Source of the DNA: an uncultured archaeon
Lineage (GTDB): Archaea > Asgardarchaeota > Lokiarchaeia > Sigyniarchaeales > SOKP01
NCBI GenBank assembly: GCA_964632315.1
Contig: CAZWEM010000045.1
Coordinates: 4,893 to 40,453 of the forward strand
Direction of reading: 5' to 3'
Length of the DNA stretch: 35,561 nt
In this document: in pieces, positions 1-9,716 of the stretch
How positions within the stretch are numbered: the first letter of the stretch is position 1
Layout: each line of letters starts with the position of its first letter
Position numbers and translations under genes: made by a program
Notes under the pieces: model-generated
What the model saw: the letters and a program-made list of their open reading frames with translations, nothing else
Told to the model about the DNA's origin: nothing
The model's database searches: none

Positions 1-1340
1 CTAAAATATTTTCCAGTAATTGTGTCTGATACCCACAATTCTTTTGGAGATCCTATAAATGTTATATTTCCTCCATTAATGCCTGCACCTGGACCAATAT
101 CAATTACATTATCAGCTATAGATACCGAAAGTTTGTCATGTTCGACATAGATAACTGATCCTTTTAGTTCTCTAAAGTTTGGAAGAAATTTTTTCACATC
201 ATAAGAGTGTTGTCCGATAGTTGGTTCATCAAGGATATGAAGTATGTCTTCAAGTTCACTTATTAGAGTTAATGCAATTCTAACTCTTTGAGCTTCCCCC
301 CTAGAAAGGGTTGGAGAAGATCGGTTTAATGTTAAATAATTTAATCCAACACTTTGTAAAGCACTGAGTCTTTTTTTAATCTCACTGATTAGTCTCTTTG
401 TTGATGGCGGTAATTCCTCTGAATCAATAAGTGTAATTAGTTCCTCGATAGACAATTTTAAAATTTCTGAAAAAGTGTGATTATCAAATCTTACTTTAGA
501 GATTAATGGTAGCATTCCAGTTTGAGAACATTTTTGACAACCTTTACCTTTACAATGAGGACAGTTTAAATTAAAATGCTTTGGCTCAATAAATGGCAAA
601 TAAATACCACAATTAGCACATGAATTAGTAAGTGAATAGGTCTTTGTCTTTCCATTCTTATTAACCTTTATGAAAGTAGTCCCAAGAGCCTTAATCAAGT
701 TAAAGGCAGTTCGAATATCTCCTGCTAAATTTTCTTTGGAAAGATTGGCAATCTTTACGTCAATGTCATGAGCTAAATTATGTTTTAACTCTTGATTTAA
801 CCATCGTTTTCCGTTGACAATTAAATTGCTTCCAAATTCATTACTTAAAAAATTCAGTAATGATTTATGAGATCCATAAGAAGATTTTACGAGTTGAGCA
901 GAAATTTCAATATCATGAGATTGAATTTCTTTCAAAATGAAATCAATCAATTCATCTTCTGAATAATTTAATACTGGTGCATCACAATTTTGACATTTTC
1001 TTTCTCCAAATCTAGCAAATAACAGTCTTAAAAGAGGGTGAAGACCAGAAGCAGTTGCTAAAGTTGAGTTCGGATTCCTATTTAATAAATTTTGACCGAC
1101 AGCAATCGCAGGACTAAGACCTTTTATAGAATTTAACTTAGCGGGATTTAATCTAATTCCTCTCGAACTTGAGGCAAATTGTTCTAAGAATCGCCTTCTG
1201 GCTTCGTGATAAATCGTATCAAAAACTAATGATGACTTACCCGAACCAGAAATTCCTGTAACAGCAGTTAAACCATCATTAATTTCAACATCTATATTTT
1301 TTAGATTATTTTCTTTAGCTCCTTTTACCTGGATATTCAT
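1..1340 (-). CDS. uvrA: UvrA-family ABC ATPase (excinuclease ABC subunit A-like), N-terminal half; runs off the left edge
   Basis: Not in the ORF track; translated by hand from ATG at 1340: MNIQVKGAKENNLKNIDVEI...VTGISGSGKSSLVFDTIYHE (Walker A), GLSPAIAV, RNPNSTLAT, Zn motifs CQNC/CANC/CPHC/CQKC, signature LSRGEAQR, Walker B ILDEPTIG, VEHD, IDIGPGAG, TGKYF at the edge. Confidence 0.93.
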   Translation of the reverse strand, partial: MNIQVKGAKENNLKNIDVEINDGLTAVTGISGSGKSSLVFDTIYHEARRRFLEQFASSSRGIRLNPAKLNSIKGLSPAIAVGQNLLNRNPNSTLATASGLHPLLRLLFARFGERKCQNCDAPVLNYSEDELIDFILKEIQSHDIEISAQLVKSSYGSHKSLLNFLSNEFGSNLIVNGKRWLNQELKHNLAHDIDVKIANLSKENLAGDIRTAFNLIKALGTTFIKVNKNGKTKTYSLTNSCANCGIYLPFIEPKHFNLNCPHCKGKGCQKCSQTGMLPLISKVRFDNHTFSEILKLSIEELITLIDSEELPPSTKRLISEIKKRLSALQSVGLNYLTLNRSSPTLSRGEAQRVRIALTLISELEDILHILDEPTIGQHSYDVKKFLPNFRELKGSVIYVEHDKLSVSIADNVIDIGPGAGINGGNITFIGSPKELWVSDTITGKYF

Positions 1341-1499
1341 GTTTTTCTATTTCCGGTTCTTACTAATAAAAACGATAATAAAATTATTAAAAATTGATAT
1401 GAGTTCGGATAATCCCTAAATTTACATTATATTTTCTATTTTATTAATCATATACTTTAATCATATAATATCCATATTTAAAACAAGTCAGATATAGAA

Positions 1500-2669
1500 A
1501 TGACACAGAAATTATATTGGGAAGATGCTTATGCTACGGAATTCACAGCAAAGATTGAATCTATAGAAAAAGAAGGGTTAGTGTTAGATAAAACACTATT
1601 CTTTCCTTTAAGTGGAAACCAAGCAAGTGATAAAGGTATTTTAATCCATCAAAATGGTCGATCCCCAGTAGATTCAGTGTCAATCAGTAAAGGTAAAATT
1701 TTCCATCAAGTTTCATCGGAATTCGAAGAGAAAGTTAAAATTGGAGATGAAATAACTGGGAAAATAGACTGGGAATACCGCTATGGTATCATGAGGGCGC
1801 ACACTTCTCAACATATACTTTCAGCTATTATTTTAGAAAATTACAACAATAAGACCTCAAGGGCAAATATTGAGTTTGAAGAAGTTACGATTCAACTCGA
1901 ACAAACTCTAAGTGAGGTTCAATTTCGGGATGCCCTTGCAAAATTGAATGAGATCTGTACTATTAAAAACAAAGAAATTACAGCTGAGATTTATCAAGAA
2001 GAAGATTTATCTAATTTAACTGATAAAATCCGATCTGAAATTCCTGATAAAAATGACATCCGCTTGATTAGAATAAACAAGCTTGATTTGGTTTGTTGTG
2101 GAGGAACTCATTTAAAACAGTCAATTGAGGTCGGACCTGTCATAATTTATGAATTTAAAAAAGGTTTAGATATAAGATATTATGTTGGAAGTAAAGCAAT
2201 AGGTGCTCTCTCAAAATTAAACACCGAGATGCTCGATCTTTCTAGTATTTTAAACACGTCTTTAATAAAGTTAACAAAAAAAATCCAAAATTCCTTAATT
2301 GAACTAAATAAGAGCAAAGAGTTTATAGAAACTTTACTTGAACAGAATTTGTTATTAATATCTAAATCCCCGATTATAACATTCAAGGATTATAATATAT
2401 ACAACCTTAATTATCAAATTGAAACGAAAATCATAAAGAGAATTATAGATAAATTTCCCACAAATTCATTAATATTAGCAATGTTAGGGGAAAATCGAGT
2501 TCAGGTTGTTTCAAATTCAGAAAAAATTAGTGCTAATAGTATCATCCAAAAATTAATAAAGAAATTCGGTGGGAAGGGAGGCGGAAGTAATTTTATCGCA
2601 CAATCAAGTTTAGATAATATTCCTACTGAGCTTATATCTGAAGTTAGACAAATTATCAGTGAAATTTAA
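1500..2669 (+). CDS. alaX: Alanyl-tRNA editing protein, long AlaX type with C-terminal DHHA1/C-Ala domain
   Basis: N-terminal LYWEDAY..EF, LDKTLFFP..GNQ..D.G, Zn ligands HTSQH (HxxxH) and CGGTH (CxxxH), C-terminal GGKGGG motif. Confidence 0.9.
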   Translation: MTQKLYWEDAYATEFTAKIESIEKEGLVLDKTLFFPLSGNQASDKGILIHQNGRSPVDSVSISKGKIFHQVSSEFEEKVKIGDEITGKIDWEYRYGIMRAHTSQHILSAIILENYNNKTSRANIEFEEVTIQLEQTLSEVQFRDALAKLNEICTIKNKEITAEIYQEEDLSNLTDKIRSEIPDKNDIRLIRINKLDLVCCGGTHLKQSIEVGPVIIYEFKKGLDIRYYVGSKAIGALSKLNTEMLDLSSILNTSLIKLTKKIQNSLIELNKSKEFIETLLEQNLLLISKSPIITFKDYNIYNLNYQIETKIIKRIIDKFPTNSLILAMLGENRVQVVSNSEKISANSIIQKLIKKFGGKGGGSNFIAQSSLDNIPTELISEVRQIISEI

Positions 2670-2676
2670 TATATAT

Positions 2677-3993
2677 TTATTGGATGATTTCCCATCCCTT
2701 AATTTTGGCGAAAATTTCAAATGGTTTCATAAAATCTCCGTAAACAACAGAAATGTGATGGGCTATTCCGTTATCAATGATTTTTTGTAACACATTCTTA
2801 ACTCCATTTTCAAATTTTACTTTAACATAAGTACCTTTCAAAAGTTTTTCCATTGGAAGACCCGTGGCTTTTTGAAGAAAGATTCGATAACTCCCTAAAG
2901 CATAGTCGAATCTAAGGATTGAGATATCCCCATCCTTCATTACAAAATCTGCCGTTACTCCTTTCCCTCCAGCAAAGTAAGAATCTAAGGATTTAATGCA
3001 TTTCCCATCAGATAGATTACATGATGCAACACCGCAGTGCCAAAGTAATGCAAAATCTTCTTTAAAATCTACTTGAGAAAAATCAGCCATGAATGGATAA
3101 CTAGCTCCTATAGCTTTCTGAGCAAGCATAGAAATCGCTCCTAGCACATCTCCTTCACACGTTAAGATTTTATGTTCTGACTGAAGTACAGACATTGCAG
3201 CACAAGGGGAGATTCCAAACTTATCTGCGAATTCTGGCCAACATCTTATTGCTAAAGCATCAATATCATGAGTTGATATGAAGTTATCAAACTTTACGAT
3301 CAATTCTGCCACAAGATGTGCTTGTTCAGTTGAAATTTCTCCAAGATCAAACGTTTGTTTTAATTGCACAAGTCTTTTGTTGATCTCACTATCGCTCGTT
3401 CCAAAATCAAAAACTTCTTGTAATTCATAGTGGTCAACCAATATTCCTAGTTCTTTATATAAATTTAATTCATCAACATCTAGGTTAAAGAACCCTTTTG
3501 CACGATAACCTATTATCGCAATATGAGAAGTAAAGAGTGTTTTTATGACTCTAACAGCATCTATCCAATCTTGATCAATTTTCCTCCCAATATTAATAGT
3601 ATAATTTGTTACACCTGATTTATACAAATTGCTTGCATTTAAATTCACACCACAAACAGAATTTAGACGTATTTTTCCCCCATCATATGGTAATTCTTCT
3701 AAAGCCCAAAGTAGAATTGGCTTCTGTATCACTTTATTTAATTCTAAAATTAAATGCCCTAATGCAAATGTTCCACTTATACATACTAAAGCATCTATTT
3801 CTCTTGAAGCTAAATCTTGGGCTGCCTCTTGAGCCTCAGAAACCTCAATTATTAATTCCGGGATGATCTCCCATGTTACATTTTCAATTATGCTTAAATC
3901 TTCAATCATGTTAGAATAAATTTGTGCAGCCGTTTCAAAATCAAATGTTTTCCGAGCTAAACAGACAAGGCCAATTGAAACTTCATTTTTCAT
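2677..3993 (-). CDS. L-fucose/L-arabinose isomerase family protein
   Basis: Motifs NSVCG, AIRCWPE, CEGD, WHCG and GIAHH typical of the FucI/AraA-related family; substrate cannot be assigned. Confidence 0.8.
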   Translation of the reverse strand: MKNEVSIGLVCLARKTFDFETAAQIYSNMIEDLSIIENVTWEIIPELIIEVSEAQEAAQDLASREIDALVCISGTFALGHLILELNKVIQKPILLWALEELPYDGGKIRLNSVCGVNLNASNLYKSGVTNYTINIGRKIDQDWIDAVRVIKTLFTSHIAIIGYRAKGFFNLDVDELNLYKELGILVDHYELQEVFDFGTSDSEINKRLVQLKQTFDLGEISTEQAHLVAELIVKFDNFISTHDIDALAIRCWPEFADKFGISPCAAMSVLQSEHKILTCEGDVLGAISMLAQKAIGASYPFMADFSQVDFKEDFALLWHCGVASCNLSDGKCIKSLDSYFAGGKGVTADFVMKDGDISILRFDYALGSYRIFLQKATGLPMEKLLKGTYVKVKFENGVKNVLQKIIDNGIAHHISVVYGDFMKPFEIFAKIKGWEIIQ

Positions 3994-4117
3994 GTAATCT
4001 CACTTTTTCCTCAATATTAGTAATCAGAAACTGTATAATCATAAAATAATGTTTTTTTGGTATTAAATATGGATTATAATTGATTTAACAAAACTAAGTA
4101 AAAAGTCAAATTCTAAA

Positions 4118-5974
4118 TTAAGGCTCTTTCAAACTATGCAAGATATATCGTTGAGCGATTAGATCCACACTGACCTTTCCTAAAACTTTTCCATTTTCTA
4201 CAACTGGCATGGCAGAAATTCTAAATTGCTCAAAATCGCGAACAATATCAATTATTGTATAATTTGGGTCAGCAACAATCACGCTTTGAGTCATAGCCGC
4301 ATCAAGGTTGACATCACATGCATTATCAGCCATCGCTTTCGTAATATCCCAATCTGTAACAACTCCAATCAATATACCTTCCTTTAACACAGCAGCGATA
4401 TCACTATTATCTTTAATTAGTAAAGCTGCAGCATCTTGTGCTGTGCTATTAACATCAATCGTCGGAATTGATTCCATTATGTCTTTAGCAGTTAATTCTT
4501 TTTCTTTTCCAATTAAACGTTGTAAACTAATTTTTTCAGCAGCGTTAGAAGGAAGCATATCTGGATTGGAAGTTAACAGATCTACTAATTCAATCATGTT
4601 ATTATGAATTACATTCTTTCTATATTCTTCTCCAGCAATTAACCTTTTCTTCGACAATGCAGTAAAATCTTCTTTGTGTTGATTTAACCAAGCCATTACT
4701 TCACTTTTTTTCCCAAGGAGTTTTGGAGGTATTTGTAAATTATCAGGAGTTTTAACGATATGTTCTTGGGCAGCAAATATGACTCCTCCTGAGTTAACGA
4801 GGTAGTCATTTGCAATCATTATCCCTTTTTCTTTATAAACTATTTGCTCCATGCGTATTCTCGCGGCTTTCCTGTTAGGATCTGGAGAATAAGTGTTAGC
4901 TCCCTCAATTATTACACTCCATCTTCCCATTCTATCAACTGTCATGGAAGGAGCTTCATTTTCCCATACACCTAAATAATTAAAAATGGGAGCTGCGGGT
5001 ATAAAACAAAAAGCATCCTCAAGCAATAGATTATTGGGGTTTGTAGAAAAGTAAATTGAAGACTTAGTATTTTTATCTTGGATGTTATCAATATAGTAGT
5101 TTTTTGTTACAATTCCTTTCTCCTTCCAATAGTTGAAAAGATCCTCAGTAGGTAATCCCTGTTCATCATATAAGTATCCCTCGAGATCACTTATTCCTGT
5201 AATCTTTACCCAATGAATCCTCTCTTTAAAAATTCGAGCAGCATGAGCCCCTACCGCTCCAAAACCTTGTATTAATATTGTCAAATCTTCCATTTTAGGA
5301 ATATCTAATTGTGCAAATTGGGGTAAAACTCGTAACCTAGGCATAATTTCAATTAAAGTTTGAAATGCTGTTACTACTCCTCCTGCAGCCCCTCCTAACT
5401 CATCAATTCTATTTCCTCCCATCAATAAAGGTTTGGAGACTGCGCTATCTATCCCGTTTTCAATGGCAATAGTTAACATATCATTGTCATTAGTTCCGAC
5501 ATCGGGTCCAGGAACATATATATCCTTATAACGCCCTATGAGTTTTGCAAATCCTTTCACAATTTCATCATGCTCCTCTTGAGGTAATCCTCTTTTAGCG
5601 ATGATACCAGCTTTACCTCCTCCATATGGTAAATTAGCTGCTGCGTTTTTTAAAGTCATCCCACGAGCTAAATTTTGAATAATGGGAGGAGTCACGTCAG
5701 GGAGCATTCGAATTCCTCCCATTGAAGGTTTCCCCATCGACAGATTATCAATAATTAAATATCCTCCAATTTCTTTTGGAGAATCATCATCCCACATGCA
5801 AATTACTAAATGAGGTCCTACTTTATCACTGACTATGCCTAATTGTGAAAGTAAGAGTTCATCAGCATTTCCAAATTCTAAATAACACCGTCCCTCTTCT
5901 TTGATCAATCGATTTTTTCGGGTTATTTCTGGAAGTCTTTCTTTAAGATAAGAATCCATAAACTTTGGAATCAT
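4118..5974 (-). CDS. Glu/Leu/Phe/Val dehydrogenase fused to a C-terminal CBS-domain pair
   Basis: GGIRM, GMTLKNA..NLPYGGGKAGI, PGPDVGT, QGFGAVG (nucleotide binding), IEGAN, NSGGV; C-terminal TAKDIM...GVVTDWDI...MPVVENGKVLGKVS CBS repeats. Confidence 0.9.
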   Translation of the reverse strand: MIPKFMDSYLKERLPEITRKNRLIKEEGRCYLEFGNADELLLSQLGIVSDKVGPHLVICMWDDDSPKEIGGYLIIDNLSMGKPSMGGIRMLPDVTPPIIQNLARGMTLKNAAANLPYGGGKAGIIAKRGLPQEEHDEIVKGFAKLIGRYKDIYVPGPDVGTNDNDMLTIAIENGIDSAVSKPLLMGGNRIDELGGAAGGVVTAFQTLIEIMPRLRVLPQFAQLDIPKMEDLTILIQGFGAVGAHAARIFKERIHWVKITGISDLEGYLYDEQGLPTEDLFNYWKEKGIVTKNYYIDNIQDKNTKSSIYFSTNPNNLLLEDAFCFIPAAPIFNYLGVWENEAPSMTVDRMGRWSVIIEGANTYSPDPNRKAARIRMEQIVYKEKGIMIANDYLVNSGGVIFAAQEHIVKTPDNLQIPPKLLGKKSEVMAWLNQHKEDFTALSKKRLIAGEEYRKNVIHNNMIELVDLLTSNPDMLPSNAAEKISLQRLIGKEKELTAKDIMESIPTIDVNSTAQDAAALLIKDNSDIAAVLKEGILIGVVTDWDITKAMADNACDVNLDAAMTQSVIVADPNYTIIDIVRDFEQFRISAMPVVENGKVLGKVSVDLIAQRYILHSLKEP

Positions 5975-6103
5975 TATAATCCCTATTTTATAATATTATG
6001 ATTTTTGATAAGAATGCATTTGATTATTATTTATTTCATTTTAAAAAATTTTGGTTTGGAAAACTGATGTCTTATCAAGTATTATGAAAAGGACAATTTA
6101 AAA

Positions 6104-7150
6104 CTAAATAGACATAAATATTTGATTCACACGAAATGTACCAATAAAAGATATAACAAAACCAATCAAAATTGAAATAGCAAATAAGTAGCAAGCTACC
6201 TTAGAAACTTTTTGGTGCCATTCCTTAGCTTTAGTCTTCTTTAGGAATCCTAATGAAGCAGCAGTTATAAGTAAAATAATTGTGATTAAGCCTAATATCC
6301 CATGGATTGAATAAAATAAGGCTCCTCGAGTTAAGATTGTGAGATAGCTCCAATAAATAAAAGATGCAAAGGCAGAAATTATGAAAAATAATGATGAAAC
6401 TAAATGAAAACGCTTCTTCATGAAGGTTGGCAGTTTAGGATATCTTTTAGTATTAGGGATAGATTTATTTCCAGATATAAAAGCTAATCCACCAAAAATA
6501 AATGCTATAGAAAATAAATAAGCATGTGTTATCCATGAGGTAAAGTTTGTTCTCATAGCATTATCACTCCATCCTCGAGATTCCCAGAATCCTATGTAGT
6601 CATAGTCTACTACTTCAATACTGACAATCCATTTTACCCACTTATACCCATAGTGATCAGGACATACTAAGCGTAGTGGAAATCCTTGTGCTAGTGGTAA
6701 ATCTACACCATTCATTTTGAATGCTAAGAGTATATTTGTTGCGTATGCCTCTTTTAAATTTAAAGAATCAGAGTAGTTATCAGCGGCATAAAATATAAGA
6801 TCTTTAGCAGATGTAAGCACTCCTGCTAATTCTAATATTCGAAAAAGAGGTACCCCCTCCCATCTTGCAGTACCAAAAGGACCATCGACGCATTCTAATG
6901 TTGCAATTTCGGTTACAGAATCCATTTGAGTGAGATTTTCATAATCAAATACAAGTTCATTCTCGATAGCTCCAGTTATTGCTAGGGACCAATTCTCTTT
7001 TTCGATATTAGGTACGTTTCCTATTTGTAATTCAAAGAATAGATTATTGGGAGTGATAATAGTGCGTAATAAGTGATTAAATCCTACTAATACTAATGGA
7101 ATTGAGAGTGCTAGGATTAAACCGAGAAAATATAAAGTTGATTTCTTCAT
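6104..7150 (-). CDS. Sulfite-oxidase-family molybdopterin oxidoreductase with N-terminal membrane anchor and a C-terminal four-helix, four-His membrane domain
   Basis: Mo-ligand Cys in TLECVDG, WEGVPL, GFPLRLVCP..YGYKWVKW, GFWESRGW. Start moved from TTG 7174 to ATG 7150 (MKKSTLYF). Four C-terminal hydrophobic helices each begin with a His. Confidence 0.85.
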   Translation of the reverse strand: MKKSTLYFLGLILALSIPLVLVGFNHLLRTIITPNNLFFELQIGNVPNIEKENWSLAITGAIENELVFDYENLTQMDSVTEIATLECVDGPFGTARWEGVPLFRILELAGVLTSAKDLIFYAADNYSDSLNLKEAYATNILLAFKMNGVDLPLAQGFPLRLVCPDHYGYKWVKWIVSIEVVDYDYIGFWESRGWSDNAMRTNFTSWITHAYLFSIAFIFGGLAFISGNKSIPNTKRYPKLPTFMKKRFHLVSSLFFIISAFASFIYWSYLTILTRGALFYSIHGILGLITIILLITAASLGFLKKTKAKEWHQKVSKVACYLFAISILIGFVISFIGTFRVNQIFMSI

Positions 7151-7226
7151 TTTAAGATAAAGCAAAAAAATCAATATTATAATATAAATCTCTTTGTTAT
7201 CGAAGTAAGGAAATCGGTATTTTAAT

Positions 7227-9038
7227 TCAAGAAAAATCAGATAATTCTAATTCCTCTATCTTTTCTTTAGTAGGAATCCCATCCAAATTCCATCCCATAA
7301 TATTATAGTAGTCATCTAAAAGTGAATTCAAATCAACCGTATGTCCCCTACTCTCACCAACGGAAAGGGGAATTTTTAGAAATCTTTTAGGAATTGTATC
7401 ATCTTTTCGATTAAATCCAATTTTGATATTATATAACCGTTCCAGATTGATAATTCGTTCTGCAGCTTTGAGCATTTTTTCAGGATTCATTTTCATCCCT
7501 GTTATTGCATTGTAAGCTTTAATCTGATCATTTAGAGGAATTCCAGCTCGCATTGTTGAACACATGGCAATTGAATCAACGATACACATGCTAAATTGCT
7601 GATCTCTTTCTAATAATGCTTTCCCCTCAACCTCAAATCGATTTCCTAAGGATAATTCTACCCCAAAAGTAGTTGCGTACATGTGATGGGCTCCTTTTGG
7701 AGAGGTTGCATATGTCAGAGCCATTGCTTTTGCTCCACGTGGATCGTATACTGGGAATGATTGTCCTTTGGAATGAATAGCGTAACTTTCACTTCCTAAC
7801 TTTTTACTCGCAAAACCAATTCCTTCAGCAAGAAGATCTCCAATTCCATTACGTTCCCCAATCTTCTTTAACAAAATTAATAACGCTTCTTTATTCCCAA
7901 AATTAGCTTCAATCCCATCAATATTATCATTATTAAGTCTGTTTGATTCAAAAGCTTCCATTAACATTGAAATGCATGCACCAGCATTTATTGTATCAAA
8001 ACCATAATTATCACAAATCTTCGATGCTTTCACTATCGTTTCCCAATCACTTATACCACAATTCGGACCAAGCATACCTACTGTCTCAAATTCAGGACCT
8101 TCTAATACTATCAAGCGTCCATCTCGAGAAGATATATTAACTCTCTTTCCACAAGCAATTGGACATGAAAAGCAAGAACTATCTCCAAAAACAATTCTCT
8201 CTCTCATTCTGGAACCCTCAAGCTTATTACCTTCTGCAAAATATCCTTCAGTAAAATTACGATTCACCCAAAATCCTGCATTATTTATTCTTTCGACTAA
8301 TTCCATTGTTCCGTATTGTCTTCTTTTTCTTCCTCCTCGCGATTCTCGAAGATTTTTTATTAACTCTTTACTTAGTGATATAATCGTTTTTGGATTAGGT
8401 ATTTTTAGATCAGAACTTCCTTGCAATGCTATTCCTTTTAGGTTCTTTGAACCCATAACGGCTCCAGAACCTCCACGACCAAAATCTCTATAAAAAGCGT
8501 GTGAAATCGTAGCATATCGAACAAGTTTTTCCCCAGCGGGACCTATCACTACAATTTGAGCTGGTTTATCTAAATTCACGTCTTTTTGGATTAAATTCTC
8601 GCTCTCTGGAATATGCTTTCCCCATAACTTATCAGCTGATTTAAATTCAACCTTTTCATTAATTATAGATAAAAAAATAGGTTTTTTAGACTTCCCTTCG
8701 ATAATCAATCCATCAAATCCTGCATACTTTAGTTCTGGGCCCCAATGGCCCCCACAAAGTGAATATGAATAGCTTTGAGTAAGAGGGGATTTAAAAGTAA
8801 CACATATCTTGTTATTTCCTGGTATTAAGCTTCCCGCGAGTGGACCATTCATGAATATTAATTTATTTTTAGCAGAGAGTGGATCTATATCTGGAGGAAC
8901 TTCTTTCATTAAATAAAATGCTCCTAATCCTCGACCACCAATATATTTTTCTAACAACTCACTCTGGAGAGTTTCTACGTTAGAATCTTCACGAGACAAA
9001 TCAACTCTCAGAATTTTTCTAATCGAACTTTCATCCAA
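7227..9038 (-). CDS. aor: Aldehyde:ferredoxin oxidoreductase family protein (tungstopterin)
   Basis: ILRVDLS, YIGGRGLG, KSPLT, GRGGSGAVMGSKNLK, Fe-S ligands CFSCPIAC, GPEFET, YDPRG, YY..MGW..DG.P; TTG start. Confidence 0.93.
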   Translation of the reverse strand: MDESSIRKILRVDLSREDSNVETLQSELLEKYIGGRGLGAFYLMKEVPPDIDPLSAKNKLIFMNGPLAGSLIPGNNKICVTFKSPLTQSYSYSLCGGHWGPELKYAGFDGLIIEGKSKKPIFLSIINEKVEFKSADKLWGKHIPESENLIQKDVNLDKPAQIVVIGPAGEKLVRYATISHAFYRDFGRGGSGAVMGSKNLKGIALQGSSDLKIPNPKTIISLSKELIKNLRESRGGRKRRQYGTMELVERINNAGFWVNRNFTEGYFAEGNKLEGSRMRERIVFGDSSCFSCPIACGKRVNISSRDGRLIVLEGPEFETVGMLGPNCGISDWETIVKASKICDNYGFDTINAGACISMLMEAFESNRLNNDNIDGIEANFGNKEALLILLKKIGERNGIGDLLAEGIGFASKKLGSESYAIHSKGQSFPVYDPRGAKAMALTYATSPKGAHHMYATTFGVELSLGNRFEVEGKALLERDQQFSMCIVDSIAMCSTMRAGIPLNDQIKAYNAITGMKMNPEKMLKAAERIINLERLYNIKIGFNRKDDTIPKRFLKIPLSVGESRGHTVDLNSLLDDYYNIMGWNLDGIPTKEKIEELELSDFS

Positions 9039-9040
9039 CT

Positions 9041-9475
9041 TTAATTTTCACCAGAATTACTCTTATTTTCTAAGTATTGAATAGCGTGTTCTGGACAAAT
9101 TGCCACGCATGCGGGCTCACCACCACATAAATCACAGAAAACAATATGTTCATTAGAAAGATTCAATTTTGGAGTAGAATACGGGCACGCATAATAGCAA
9201 TCCATGCAAGCAATGCAATTTTTTTCATCAACTATTATTGCATTCGTCTCTAATTCTCTCGATAATGCCTCATATTCACATGATTCAATGCAAGGGGCAT
9301 CTATACATTGGTGGCAGTAGATCGCGTTGTCTATTTGTTTTACATGATCTCTCCTTATCCTAATAAGGGCCATTTCAGGATTGATCACTTGATAATGGCT
9401 CAAACTGCATATAATTTCACATAAGCGACAACCAATACATTTGCTAGATTCAAAGTGTAAGCTTTTATGACTCAT
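9041..9475 (-). CDS. 4Fe-4S dicluster electron-transfer protein (AOR-associated, DmsB/HydN-like)
   Basis: CIGCRLCEIIC, CHQC..APC..SC, CIACMDCYYACP, CDLCGGEPACVAICP; ends 2 nt before the aor start. Confidence 0.92.
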   Translation of the reverse strand: MSHKSLHFESSKCIGCRLCEIICSLSHYQVINPEMALIRIRRDHVKQIDNAIYCHQCIDAPCIESCEYEALSRELETNAIIVDEKNCIACMDCYYACPYSTPKLNLSNEHIVFCDLCGGEPACVAICPEHAIQYLENKSNSGEN

Positions 9476-9624
9476 GACATTTTTAAAGTAAAAATTTATA
9501 ACACTCTAACCTTAAAATTGGATTAAATGATTTTAATTTTATCATTATACGCTTTAGAAATAATGTTAGGGAAATTACTTGTATAACACTTTTTGAATAG
9601 ATTAATTATTTAAAAAAAGGGGCG

Positions 9625-9645
9625 AAATGTCTATACATTTAAATA
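9625..9645 (+). promoter_or_regulatory. Candidate operator palindrome overlapping a TATA-like box
   Basis: AAATGT-ctat-ACATTT inverted repeat (9625-9640) running into TTTAAATA (9638-9645) in the divergent ferredoxin/MFS intergenic region. Confidence 0.3.
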
Positions 9646-9716
9646 TATTATTTACTCACTTAAGCATAAGATAGATAAATATCCAATTCTTATCAATAAA
9701 TTGGTGAAATGAGAAA

